Shown here: in pieces, positions 10,180 through 19,822 of the stretch
Layout of the letters: each line of letters opens with the position of its first letter
How positions within the stretch are numbered: the first letter of the stretch is position 1
DNA from: Candidatus Limnocylindrales bacterium
GTDB taxonomy: Bacteria > Moduliflexota > Moduliflexia > Moduliflexales > JAUQPW01
Direction: 5' to 3'
Assembly (NCBI GenBank): GCA_035559535.1
Contig: DATMBG010000051.1
Coordinates: forward strand, 62,001-126,000
DNA length: 64,000 bases
The notes under the pieces: generated by a model
The model's input: the letters and a program-made list of their open reading frames with translations, nothing else
What the model was told of the DNA's origin: nothing
The model's database searches: none
Program-made: the position numbers and the translations under genes

Positions 10180-10623
10180 TTAACGGGGGTACGGACGGAC
10201 TGAAAATATTAATTGATAGTCTTCTCGATCATAGGGATGAGAACCAAAAAAGGGAAGAACACCCGGATTATCAACCTCGGCTGCAACTTCATAGTTCCCG
10301 GCAAGCAGGAGGATTGTTTCGGTACTCCAAGGCCTTAAAGTGACCTGACGGATGCTGGGACCCCGGAAGTAAACGGTTAAATTATTTGGGGTATCATTAA
10401 GGATCTTGACCCGGGGAGTTTGACTAAACTCCGGTTCTATGACGTCCGGGAGGGGAATGGTTATATGATTCCTGGCCCGAATAGTCTGAATGCGCTGCTC
10501 TATCGTTAAAGCAGACGGGTCTAAAGCCTTGCCCCTGGGTTCTCGGGCCGGTACAGGAGATAGACCGGCCAGAAGGAAGATCAGACTCATGATCCCTGTT
10601 AATAAGTTCCAACGCCTTTTCAT
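10180..10623 (-). CDS. Hypothetical exported protein
   Basis: Signal-peptide-like N-terminus; beta-rich C-terminus; divergent from qhpA. Confidence 0.65.
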   Translation of the reverse strand: MKRRWNLLTGIMSLIFLLAGLSPVPAREPRGKALDPSALTIEQRIQTIRARNHITIPLPDVIEPEFSQTPRVKILNDTPNNLTVYFRGPSIRQVTLRPWSTETILLLAGNYEVAAEVDNPGVLPFFGSHPYDREDYQLIFSVRPYPR

Positions 10624-10941
10624 CTCCGATGACCTCGCTTATCTAAAATCCCCCGAGATTACCCCCTTCTCTGTCTCCAGGAAGTTCCAGGGGATTCAAC
10701 TCTTGTCGAAACAGGTTTTGTATCTATGTATATTTAAACAGAATCGCGCCATTTTTGTCAAGATTTTTCTGGAAAGTACTTTTTTCTTGACAAAGATCCC
10801 TTTTTCGGAGTAAGACACCAAAATAACAGATTTTTACCCTTTCTACCTTGTGCTTTTCAGGGCTATTCCAATTTTAAATATCTGAACGGTCAAACCGATA
10901 TAAAATTATTAACCTGAATTAACCTGAGGGGGAGTAAAGGT

Positions 10942-12570
10942 ATGAAGAGAGGAAGTTTCAGAAGAGATTCCCTGTTTAAGATTCTGTTTGTTTTGGTCTT
11001 TTTCATCGGTTTTGTGGGGGAGATCGGCTTCTCGGAAGAGATAAGCGGACGTACGGTCGTTGAGACCAAGTGCGCGGTGTGTCATTTTCAAACGGATGGG
11101 ATGCGAAGCCGTATCTCGTTCCAAAGGAAAACGCCTGAAGGGTGGGAAATGACGGTCACACGGATGCAGATAGTTAACGGCTTACAAATTACTCCGGAAG
11201 AAAAAAAAGCCGTCATTAAATATTTGAGTGATGAATATGGACTGGCTCCGGAAGAAGTTAAAGATTATCAATACCTTCTAGAAAGGAAGGATTGGATTGT
11301 AGAAAAGCTTCCGGAGTCTTTATCTCTGGTCAAGACTGTCTGTACCCGGTGCCATAGTTTTGCCCGAGCCGCTCTTCAAAGACGGACATTGGAAGACTGG
11401 CTTTTGCATATAGATTTTCATGTAGCCGCCTTTCCAACCATAGAGTATCAAGCCGGGGGAAGAAATATTGATTGGTATGGAGACGCTAAAAAAGTGGCAG
11501 AGATTCTGGCCAAGGAATTCCCCTTTGAATCCGATGCCTGGACAAAATGGAAAAATAAACCCGACAAGCCAGACCCTCAGGGGAAATGGCGTGTGATCGG
11601 TTATCAACCCGGCGTGGGAAGTTACCAGGGTATTGTAGAAATAACTCGAGCCGGAGGAGATCATTACAAAGAAACCTTTACGGTGGAATATGAAAACGGA
11701 ACCAAACTTTCGGGAACCGGCGTTGGAACCCTCTATACGGGATTTCAATGGCGGGGCAGTGTGAAACTGGACAATGGAGGCAGGGCCAGGGAAGTTCACT
11801 TTCTCTCTGAAGATGGCAATACCTTATCCGGTCGATGGTTTTTACCGGATCACAGTGAAATAGGCGGAGAGGATATCGCCTATAAGATAGGAAGTGGATC
11901 CAAAGTACTAGCGGTAAGTCCAAAAGCTCTCAAAACATCCCAGGGAACCACTACCCTTAAGATTTTCGGTGTGGATCTTCCAAAAAATCTTCAAGCTAAA
12001 GATATCTCATTGGGAGAAGGACTTTCAGTAACCAAGATTAACCAGGCAGACGACCAGACTTTAACCCTTGAGGTTACCATAGATGGGAAGGCACCCATCG
12101 GAAAACGGAATGTAACCGTAGGTCAGATAACCGGTCTGGAACTCCTAAGGGTTTATGACAAGGTCGATTATATCAAAATTGTTCCGGATTCGGCAATTGC
12201 TCGTCTTGGGGGGACTACCGCACCCAAACAACTTCAGCAGTTTGAAGCTATTGCCTTTTCCAACGGTCCTGATGGAACCAGAGGGACCGAAGATGATATG
12301 GATTTGGGACTTGTGAAAGCTAAGTGGGAAGTTAAGGAATTCTTCCGAACCTTTGATGAAGAGGATGTCAAGTATATGGGATCTATCGATCAGAATGGGT
12401 TGTATACCCCAGGGGAAGAAGGCCCTAACCCGGAGAGACCTTTTGAAACCAATAATGCCGGAGATGCCTGGGTGGTAGCAACCTATCAACCGGAGGGAGC
12501 TAAACCCCTTATGGCTCGAGCGTTTTTAATTGTAACCCTTCCCAGATGGAATAAACCCCCTTTAAGATGA
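10942..12570 (+). CDS. qhpA: Quinohemoprotein amine dehydrogenase alpha subunit (diheme c)
   Basis: Two heme c motifs CAVCH and CTRCH; RISFQRKTPEGWEMTVTRM; NNAGD and final LIVTLPRWNKPPLR match QHNDH alpha. Confidence 0.96.
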   Translation: MKRGSFRRDSLFKILFVLVFFIGFVGEIGFSEEISGRTVVETKCAVCHFQTDGMRSRISFQRKTPEGWEMTVTRMQIVNGLQITPEEKKAVIKYLSDEYGLAPEEVKDYQYLLERKDWIVEKLPESLSLVKTVCTRCHSFARAALQRRTLEDWLLHIDFHVAAFPTIEYQAGGRNIDWYGDAKKVAEILAKEFPFESDAWTKWKNKPDKPDPQGKWRVIGYQPGVGSYQGIVEITRAGGDHYKETFTVEYENGTKLSGTGVGTLYTGFQWRGSVKLDNGGRAREVHFLSEDGNTLSGRWFLPDHSEIGGEDIAYKIGSGSKVLAVSPKALKTSQGTTTLKIFGVDLPKNLQAKDISLGEGLSVTKINQADDQTLTLEVTIDGKAPIGKRNVTVGQITGLELLRVYDKVDYIKIVPDSAIARLGGTTAPKQLQQFEAIAFSNGPDGTRGTEDDMDLGLVKAKWEVKEFFRTFDEEDVKYMGSIDQNGLYTPGEEGPNPERPFETNNAGDAWVVATYQPEGAKPLMARAFLIVTLPRWNKPPLR

Positions 12571-12575
12571 AAAAA

Positions 12576-12658
12576 GCACTGAGTATTAAGTGCTGGGTAC
12601 TGGGTAATACTGATTTATTACTCAGCACTCAGTACTCAGTATTCAGTACTCAGTACTC
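12576..12658. repeat. Palindromic heptamer tandem repeat (agtactc/gagtact) between qhpA and qhpD
   Basis: gcactgagtattaagtgctgggtactggg ... ctcagcactcagtactcagtattcagtactcagtactc. Confidence 0.75.
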
Positions 12659-12660
12659 GA

Positions 12661-14112
12661 ATGCCTACCCTTCAACTTAATCCGGAAAACTTCCATGATG
12701 TGGAGGTCAACGGAAAAAGGTATGTAATGGCAGTGAGGGATACTTCCATCTTTGAGCTGGATGAAGCATCCTCGGTTTTATTAGATCACTTGAAATCCGA
12801 AAGGACGGTAACCTCAGAAAGCCTATTTCGGGTCATGGAAGCTAAATATTCCCGGGAGCAGATCCAGGAGATTTTAGAAGGACTGACAGAACTTCAGATT
12901 ATTACCCAAGATCCTGGAAAAGAAATACCTGTTAAAAAGAAAGTAGAGATCAAAAGCACTCCGCTCACAACCATTGTACTAAACGTCAGCAACAAGTGTA
13001 ATATGGGGTGCCACTACTGTTATGGGGAGGGATTCGAAGATCTTAAAACTGGCAAACAAATGGAATGGGAAGTGGCCAAACAGAGTGTGGATTTTCTGTT
13101 TGAGAACAGCGGATCCAATAAAAAATTGACGATAGTCTTCTTTGGAGGCGAGGCTTTACTTAACTTTAAACTCATCAAGCAGGTTGTACCCTATGCCAAA
13201 GACCTGGCAAAGAAGATGGGTAAATGGGTGGACTTTACCGTAACGACCAATGCGACCGTCCTTAATAAGGAGATGATTCATTTTCTAAAGGAACATCGAT
13301 TCGGGGTTACGGTCAGTATCGATGGCCCTAGGGAGATTCATGATCAGCAAAGGGTCTTTAAGGGAGGACAGGGAACCTACGACGTAATTGTTCCGAAGGT
13401 CAAGGAGTTGTTGAGTACCTATCGGTCTCGACCTATTGGAGCCAGGGTAACATTGACGCGAGGGGTTACCCAAGTGCAGAGGATTTTTGATCACCTCATG
13501 GAGTTGGGGTTCTATGAAGTCGGATTTTCGCCGGTTACCTCGGGAAGTAACCAAAGTTTTGCCTTAACGGTGGTCGATTTGGCGGAAATTTATGCAGGCT
13601 TCAGGGAACTGGCTCAAATTTTTCTAGAAAAGGCTTTGAAGGACGAGTACCTGGGCTTCTCTAATCTCAGTCAAATCGTCATGGACTTTTATCATGGAAC
13701 CAACAAATTCCTTCCCTGTGGAGCTGGAATCGGGTTACTGGATATAGACCCCAAAGGAGATGTTTATCTCTGCCATCGATTCCCAAGCACGCCGGGTTCT
13801 GAAGTCCACTCTTATGGAAACGTCCAGAAAGGTGTAGATTTTACGGGTCTTCGAATGTTTTTGGGGGAGGCCCATATTGATAATAAAGCAGATTGCAGCA
13901 AATGCTGGATTCGGCACCTTTGTGCAGGAGGCTGCTATCATGAAGCCTTTACACGATATGGAGATGCGCTGCATCCCAATTTGCATTATTGCGATATTTT
14001 AAGAAGCTGGCAAGAGATCGGGCTTCGAGTCTATTTAGAAATTATGGAGAAAAACCCCGGGTTTATTACAAAATATTTAGAACCAAGGAGGGCAAATTAT
14101 GAAACACTTTAA
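12661..14112 (+). CDS. qhpD: QHNDH maturation radical SAM/SPASM enzyme (Cys-Asp/Glu thioether formation)
   Basis: [26 protein letters not shown]...LCHRF...[17 protein letters not shown]...NLHYCD; overlaps qhpC. Confidence 0.96.
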   Translation: MPTLQLNPENFHDVEVNGKRYVMAVRDTSIFELDEASSVLLDHLKSERTVTSESLFRVMEAKYSREQIQEILEGLTELQIITQDPGKEIPVKKKVEIKSTPLTTIVLNVSNKCNMGCHYCYGEGFEDLKTGKQMEWEVAKQSVDFLFENSGSNKKLTIVFFGGEALLNFKLIKQVVPYAKDLAKKMGKWVDFTVTTNATVLNKEMIHFLKEHRFGVTVSIDGPREIHDQQRVFKGGQGTYDVIVPKVKELLSTYRSRPIGARVTLTRGVTQVQRIFDHLMELGFYEVGFSPVTSGSNQSFALTVVDLAEIYAGFRELAQIFLEKALKDEYLGFSNLSQIVMDFYHGTNKFLPCGAGIGLLDIDPKGDVYLCHRFPSTPGSEVHSYGNVQKGVDFTGLRMFLGEAHIDNKADCSKCWIRHLCAGGCYHEAFTRYGDALHPNLHYCDILRSWQEIGLRVYLEIMEKNPGFITKYLEPRRANYETL

Positions 14113-14470
14113 ACCTGTGAATAAAAAGGCTCAAGCTACTTATCTTTCCCAGGGAGAAGAAACCGTTGACCCCAAGGAAGAGAGAACGGATCTAAAAGAA
14201 GAAAAGGCAGACGTGGTAGGTATGCAAATGCCTCTGGCCTGTGCCTCTACGCTGGATCCCGGATGGGAAGTAGATCCTTTTGGCGGGGTAGCTCAACTTT
14301 GTCAACCCATGGAATCCGACCTATATGGTTGTACAGACCCTTGCTGGTGGCCTGCGCAAGTCCCGGATAACCTGAATACCTATCCCAACTGGTCTGCCAG
14401 TTGTAATGCAGCCGTCCAGGATTGGCGAACGCTGGAAACGGTATTCCCGGAAGAGGAACCGGAAGCGTAA
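14099..14470 (+). CDS. qhpC: QHNDH gamma subunit precursor (CTQ-bearing peptide)
   Basis: Leader [11 protein letters not shown]; core MQMPLAC...DPGWE...[24 protein letters not shown] with C7/E16, C27/D33, C41/D49 and C37/W43 conserved. Confidence 0.97.
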   Translation: MKHFKPVNKKAQATYLSQGEETVDPKEERTDLKEEKADVVGMQMPLACASTLDPGWEVDPFGGVAQLCQPMESDLYGCTDPCWWPAQVPDNLNTYPNWSASCNAAVQDWRTLETVFPEEEPEA

Positions 14471-14475
14471 GGAAT

Positions 14476-14597
14476 AGTAGGGGGGGTGTGGAAGTATGGG
14501 AGTGTTAAAAGAAGTGTGGGAGTGTGGGGGTGTGGGAGTGATACCCCCATACTCCCACACCCCCCCTACTTTCTTTCACACTCCCATACTCCCACAC
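14476..14597. repeat. Palindromic octamer tandem repeat (gtatggga / tcccatac)
   Basis: G-rich gtgtggga/gtatggga units followed by complementary tcccacac/tcccatac units; same family at 15691-15828 and 29389-29510. Confidence 0.8.
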
Positions 14598-14607
14598 TAA
14601 GAAGTTT

Positions 14608-15684
14608 ATGACTAACAAAACCAGGTCTGTTTGGATGGGATGGTTCTGTTTTGTGATTTTAGTGGGGATCTTCGTTTTGAACTCTGAGCATGCTCCAGGA
14701 AAAGATTTGCTGATTGCCGCAAGCCGTAGTAATTATGTTTATGTCATCGATGGAACAACCGATGAAATCATTAAAACTATCGAATTGCAGGGACGTGGAT
14801 TTCCTTTTAAGATTGCTACAGACCCCGCAGGAAAAAAGGTCTACGTCATTACCAATCGCTGGGAAACTATTGCCATTGTTGATATTGAACAGGGGAAACA
14901 GATAGATCAAATTGAGCTTTCAACACCCAACGAGCGGGTTAAGGCTATAGAAATTGCCGTTAATCGGGCTGGTGACAAGCTGTATGTTTATGAAGCTCCG
15001 GTAGAACTGGCATCGGACCGGTATAAAGTACTCCCAACCCGAATTCGAGTGATCGATCTGGCTACAAAGAAATTTATCCGGAGCTTCGAGGTCCCCAGAC
15101 AGGTCTCCCTTCTGTATTTCTCCACAGATGGAAAAAAGCTGTATGCCCAGGGTCCAGATATTTACGTCCTTGATCCCGATCAAGGTAAGGTTATCGATAC
15201 CATTCCCCTCAAAAATATAGGTATTACCGGTTTGGGAGAGGTGGATGTTCTTAATTTCTGGCCCCATTATGAACAAACCAATATCGTTTCCAATGTTTGG
15301 TCGGCTCCAGATACCATTAAAGGAAATTTTGTGGTAGGTATTATGAACCTGGATTTGAACAACGGCAATACCGAATGGATGGAGCTGGAAGTATTCAGTA
15401 ACATTATCTTTTCCTCGGTGATTTCCCCAACCGAGAAAAAAGCTTACCTGATTTATACCACGCTCAGCAAAGTGGACCTGGATCAAAAACGGATTACCGA
15501 CCGAGTTAAGCTGGATCATACCTACTACGCCGGAAACATCAGCAGTGATGGTAAGAAACTCTACCTGGGAGGAACCCAACGGGACATCGCCGTCTACGAT
15601 ACTTCCACCCTGAAGCAGTTAAAGAAAATTCTCCTTAAAGGAGATCAATCCGTTGCTTCACTTAAGATGATTAAAGTCCCTTAG
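14608..15684 (+). CDS. qhpB: QHNDH beta subunit (beta-propeller)
   Basis: Signal peptide; YVTN-like propeller; FEVPRQVSLL, DHTYYAGNISSDGKKLYLGGT...DIAVYD match QHNDH beta. Confidence 0.93.
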   Translation: MTNKTRSVWMGWFCFVILVGIFVLNSEHAPGKDLLIAASRSNYVYVIDGTTDEIIKTIELQGRGFPFKIATDPAGKKVYVITNRWETIAIVDIEQGKQIDQIELSTPNERVKAIEIAVNRAGDKLYVYEAPVELASDRYKVLPTRIRVIDLATKKFIRSFEVPRQVSLLYFSTDGKKLYAQGPDIYVLDPDQGKVIDTIPLKNIGITGLGEVDVLNFWPHYEQTNIVSNVWSAPDTIKGNFVVGIMNLDLNNGNTEWMELEVFSNIIFSSVISPTEKKAYLIYTTLSKVDLDQKRITDRVKLDHTYYAGNISSDGKKLYLGGTQRDIAVYDTSTLKQLKKILLKGDQSVASLKMIKVP

Positions 15685-15690
15685 GGTCTA

Positions 15691-15828
15691 GGAGTGTGGG
15701 GGTATATGAGTATGGGCGTGTGGAAGTTGTGGAAGTATGGGGGTGTGGGGGTATAGGCGTATAAGTACTTAGCCTCCCATACTCCCACACTCCCATACTC
15801 CCACACTCCCATACTTCCATATTTCCAT
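15691..15828. repeat. Palindromic octamer tandem repeat
   Basis: ggagtgtgggggtatatgagtatggg... followed by ctcccatactcccacactcccatactcccacac. Confidence 0.8.
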
Positions 15829-15829
15829 T

Positions 15830-16765
15830 ATGGAATGGGCCATTCTCCTCAAAGAACCCGGAGATCTGAACCGTTTAGAAGAATTCGGTACCTTTCAAAG
15901 GATCTCCCAGACAGAGCTGGAGGACGAAGATCCGCTGAATCCTTACCGGAGGCTTTTCTACCAACAGGTTTCCAAATACTTTAACTCCTTGGTCTTCACA
16001 AGGGTTTATTTCGGGAATGAGTTCTGCCAGCATTTGATCCCAAGTTTGGGTAAGCTCAAACGGGTTTATGAAGACTGCAAGGAAAGAGGAGTTAATTTTT
16101 CTTTTGTGACCCCTTATGTCACCGATAAAGGGATCAAGCGACTTAGGCCGCTGTTGGATTTCCTTGCGGACTCCGCCCCTCACACAGAGGTTATTGTAAA
16201 CGACTGGGGCGTTTTGAGAATGCTCAAACGGAACTATCCTGAATTACAACCGGTCCTAGGCAGACTGATGAACAAAATGCTACGGGATCCCAGGGTAACA
16301 GGCTTATATAAGCAGACCGCTCCGGAGACTGTGATAAAAACCCTCAATGAACCTGCGATGGCTGCAACCCTTTATCAACAATTCTTGACAGGATTGGGAG
16401 TCAGGACCTTAGAGTTTGATGTCCTTTTACAGGGGATGAACTTTTCCAGCCTGGCAGATAGCGGTCTTACCGTCTCGGTCTACGTTCCCTATGGTTTTGT
16501 AGCTACCGGGCGTGTCTGTATGATTGGTTCCCTGCATCTCCCAAAACCTAAAAAGTTTGATGTGGATATCAGGTGTTCCTTTGAATGCCAGGAATATACC
16601 ACCGAGTTACATTATACTTCGCCGGTCAACAAAGTTGATCAGAAGTATTTTCAAAAGGGGACAACGGTTTTTTATACCCATAGCAGTGAAATGTTGGCCT
16701 CCACCTTTGAAGAAGCCCTCCGGGGGAGAATACACCGGATTATTTATCAACCCGGATTAATGTGA
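15830..16765 (+). CDS. U32-family Fe-S protein, UbiV-like subunit
   Basis: RVYFGNEFC near the N-terminus, FVTPY, EVIVNDWG, YVPYGFVATGRVC...CSFEC: a four-Cys pattern (C...C...Cx3C) like UbiV. Confidence 0.7.
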   Translation: MEWAILLKEPGDLNRLEEFGTFQRISQTELEDEDPLNPYRRLFYQQVSKYFNSLVFTRVYFGNEFCQHLIPSLGKLKRVYEDCKERGVNFSFVTPYVTDKGIKRLRPLLDFLADSAPHTEVIVNDWGVLRMLKRNYPELQPVLGRLMNKMLRDPRVTGLYKQTAPETVIKTLNEPAMAATLYQQFLTGLGVRTLEFDVLLQGMNFSSLADSGLTVSVYVPYGFVATGRVCMIGSLHLPKPKKFDVDIRCSFECQEYTTELHYTSPVNKVDQKYFQKGTTVFYTHSSEMLASTFEEALRGRIHRIIYQPGLM

Positions 16766-16869
16766 CGTTGCCCGTTGTCTATAAGGTCGTGGTGAAGGGG
16801 GATGAACTCCCCGTACCCTTCTTCATTCTTCCACTTCCGTATTAGACTACAGGCAATGGACCTAACTTT

Positions 16870-17874
16870 ATGAAAATTACAGCACCCATTACATCCCCGG
16901 ATGAGTTGGAGATGTTAGTAGCCAACGGGGCCGGAGAACTTTATTGTGGTTTTGTACCTCGGGAGTGGCTGTCTAAATTTACCGGAGCCATCTGGCTCAA
17001 TCGTCGAAGTCCCAAGGGTGCAAACCTGGAAACTTTATCGGATCTGGCCCGATTAGTTCAAGAAGCCCATCGTTGTGAAGTCCCGGTGTTTCTTACTTTC
17101 AATTCGCCCCACTATACCCGGGAGCAATTACCCCATGTATTGGACCTTGCTAAAAGTGTTGTTGAGGAAGCCGGGGTCGATGCCCTTATTGTGACCGATC
17201 TAGGCCTTTTGCTGGCCTTAAAAAACCTGGATCTCAAAGTGGCCATTCATATCAGCTCAGTGGCCTCTGCCCTGAACACGGAAGCCGTGTCTTTCTATAA
17301 AGAACTGGGAGCAACCCGCTTGATTCTTCCCCGCGCTGTAACTCTTCAAGAAATTCAGGATATAGCCACCAACCTTCAAGGAACCATGGAATTAGAAACC
17401 TTCATGATGAATGATGGTTGCGCCTTTGAAGAAGGACATTGTCAGACGACTCATCACCATGCCGTAGGGGCGTTCTGTACCAGCATGCGAGATTGGGATT
17501 CTACATTCTACGCTGAAAATGGGAAGATCAGCCCGGATGAAAATCGGCTTCTGGAGGAAAACCTCAAGGATTATCGTAATTGGGTCTGGACTATCAACGG
17601 AATGGGAATTACCTTTTCTCAAAATGGATTTCCCTTAGGACCCTGTGGAATTTGCGCAATTCCGGATTTTTATAGGATCGGGGTACACTCCCTCAAAATC
17701 GTAGGACGGGAAGCTTCTCCCTTTAAAAAACTCGCCAGCCTTAAGTTAGTAAAATCCATCGTAGATAAAGTCGCAGCAGGAATGCCTGAAGACAAAGTAA
17801 GGGAAAAGGCCCAGAAATTAAAAGGGACTCCAGAATTGTGTGCAAGTAGATGGGCATGTTATTACAGGTTCTAA
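16870..17874 (+). CDS. U32-family Fe-S protein, UbiU/TrhP-like
   Basis: MKITAP, GAGELYCG, VDALIVTDLG, IHISS, GATRLILPR, LETF...CAFEEGHC (Cx6C)...FC...CGIC, GVHSLKIVGR. Confidence 0.88.
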   Translation: MKITAPITSPDELEMLVANGAGELYCGFVPREWLSKFTGAIWLNRRSPKGANLETLSDLARLVQEAHRCEVPVFLTFNSPHYTREQLPHVLDLAKSVVEEAGVDALIVTDLGLLLALKNLDLKVAIHISSVASALNTEAVSFYKELGATRLILPRAVTLQEIQDIATNLQGTMELETFMMNDGCAFEEGHCQTTHHHAVGAFCTSMRDWDSTFYAENGKISPDENRLLEENLKDYRNWVWTINGMGITFSQNGFPLGPCGICAIPDFYRIGVHSLKIVGREASPFKKLASLKLVKSIVDKVAAGMPEDKVREKAQKLKGTPELCASRWACYYRF

Positions 17875-18088
17875 AGTCTAGGGTCTGTTGCCCATGGACT
17901 AATCCTCCTCTGTGTTTCATAGCTGAAGGACAGGTTTCCAACCTGCTTTACAGAAGAGTGATAACGACCCCATGAGATGCAAAGGGATATAGGATGGACA
18001 ACAGACAATGGACGGCGGATAACGCATAACGGATAGCAAACACTTAGATAAAATCTCTCACCTTCTCCATTTCCTCAGGCCTTATTAC

Positions 18089-19807
18089 GTGAAAATGCTG
18101 GGGGTTTTTTTCCTCAGCATCTTGGCCACTCTCTTCGGGCTTGGTTATCCCCTCTTTACCAAATTTTTCATCGATGAAGTCTTACTCAAAGGAAACACGC
18201 AACTCCTGGTTACTCTGACCGTCGGGATGTTTGTTATAGCCTTGCTCGGTTTCCTGCTGGCCGGTGTAAACCGGTATTTATATACCTGGATTTCGGCCCG
18301 AATTCTCTTCGATATGCGAATGGCCCTATACCGGCATCTCCAAGGGCTTTCTTTGCGATTTTATACCCGAACCAAGATCGGGGAAATATTAGCCCGAATC
18401 AATACCGACCTGGCCGAAATTCAGCGAATTACGACCGATGTCCTCCTCAGTTCCTTCACTAATCTCTTGACCCTTATGGGCACCCTTGGATTTCTCCTCT
18501 GGCTTAACTACAGGCTCTTCCTGGTCAGTAGCCTCCTTCTTCCATGGGTTGCACTGGGATTACGATATTTTCGTCCCAGAATAGCGGATAAGGCTCGAGA
18601 AATTCGAGATCGAAATGCCGATCTGGGGAGTTTTTTGATAGAAACCTTTCAGGGGATTAAGCTCATCAAAGCTTTTGGAGCTGAAGAACTGGAAGTAGAG
18701 AGGTTTGCCAGGAAGCATGAAGCTTACATTCAGGCAGTTCTCGATCTCCAAAAGCTTTCCATCTTTTCCGGAGGTATTTCCGGGTTGCTCCTTCCTACAA
18801 CTTCTCTCCTGGTATTTCTCTATGGTGGACATTTGGTCATTACAGGAAGTATGACCCTGGGTGATTTGATTGCTTTTTCAGCCTATCTCATCCGGGCTTT
18901 TGGTCCTTTACAAGGTCTTTTGGGCCTCTATGTTCAACTGCAAAGAGCCCGGATTTCTCTCCAGAGGGTCTTTGAGTTGATGACTTTGGAACCCGAAGTT
19001 AAAGAAAAGGAAGGGGCAATCTCACCGGAAAGTATCAAAGGAGAAGTGGAATTTGAAGAGGTTTCCTTTGAATATGAGCCGGGTAAGCCGGTCCTTCAAA
19101 ACGTGAGTTTTCGTGTTCCGGCAGGAACAACCGTTGCCATTGTAGGCCCTAGCGGGATGGGAAAAACCACCCTTATCGATCTCCTCCTCCGCTTTTATGA
19201 TCCTCAAAAAGGCTCCATTAAGATCGATGGAATAGATCTTCGGGATTTGAAAATCCGATTTCTACGCGATCATATAGGGGTTGTTGGCCAGGAGACTTTC
19301 TTGTTTCATGCCACCATCGAGGAAAATATCCGATACGGTAAGAACAGTGCTTCCCGGGAAGAGGTCATTCGGGCTGCCCAGGCAGCCTATATCCATGATT
19401 TCATCGAGTCTTTACCCCAGAAGTATGAAACCATCGTAGGAGAACGGGGCGTTCGCCTCTCCGGCGGGGAGAGACAGCGTGTTGCCATAGCTCGGGCCAT
19501 TTTGAAATCCCCCCGGATTCTGATCCTGGATGAAGCAACGTCGTCTCTAGACTGGATGTCTGAACAATATGTGCGGACTATGCTGGCCGGGCTTATGAGG
19601 GGGCGAACGACCATTATCGTTACTCACCGTCTCTCTTCCGTCCAGAATGCCCATCAAATTCTTGTTCTTCATGAGGGTCAAATCATTCAGCAGGGTATTC
19701 ATGAAGATCTCCTGAAAGTAGAAGGATTATATCGGCAACTTTATGAAGCAGAGGTCCAAACCCGGAATCGTTCTACAGGAGATCCGCGCCCTGAAACCCT
19801 GGATTAA
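18089..19807 (+). CDS. qhpF: ABC exporter (fused TMD-NBD), QhpF-like translocase for crosslinked QhpC
   Basis: Six-TM domain plus GPSGMGKTT, LSGGERQR, ILDEATSSLD; inside the qhp operon; true start uncertain (see findings). Confidence 0.8.
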   Translation: MKMLGVFFLSILATLFGLGYPLFTKFFIDEVLLKGNTQLLVTLTVGMFVIALLGFLLAGVNRYLYTWISARILFDMRMALYRHLQGLSLRFYTRTKIGEILARINTDLAEIQRITTDVLLSSFTNLLTLMGTLGFLLWLNYRLFLVSSLLLPWVALGLRYFRPRIADKAREIRDRNADLGSFLIETFQGIKLIKAFGAEELEVERFARKHEAYIQAVLDLQKLSIFSGGISGLLLPTTSLLVFLYGGHLVITGSMTLGDLIAFSAYLIRAFGPLQGLLGLYVQLQRARISLQRVFELMTLEPEVKEKEGAISPESIKGEVEFEEVSFEYEPGKPVLQNVSFRVPAGTTVAIVGPSGMGKTTLIDLLLRFYDPQKGSIKIDGIDLRDLKIRFLRDHIGVVGQETFLFHATIEENIRYGKNSASREEVIRAAQAAYIHDFIESLPQKYETIVGERGVRLSGGERQRVAIARAILKSPRILILDEATSSLDWMSEQYVRTMLAGLMRGRTTIIVTHRLSSVQNAHQILVLHEGQIIQQGIHEDLLKVEGLYRQLYEAEVQTRNRSTGDPRPETLD

Positions 19808-19822
19808 AAACTCTGAAAGCCT

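Noticed and set aside
10754-10794. tttgtcaaga...tcttgacaaa inverted repeat as a qhp operator
   Set aside because: More simply explained as back-to-back TTGACA -35 boxes for the divergent genes.
14476-15828. G-rich/C-rich repeat arrays as CRISPR
   Set aside because: Units are 7-8 bp tandem and palindromic, with no unique spacers and no cas genes.
15830-17874. U32 genes as true peptidases (QhpC leader removal) or as ubiquinone ubiUV
   Set aside because: A QhpE-like S8 protease is already present, characterised U32 proteins are Fe-S hydroxylation factors, and no ubiT or other ubi gene is adjacent. A ubiquinone role is not fully excluded without phylogeny.
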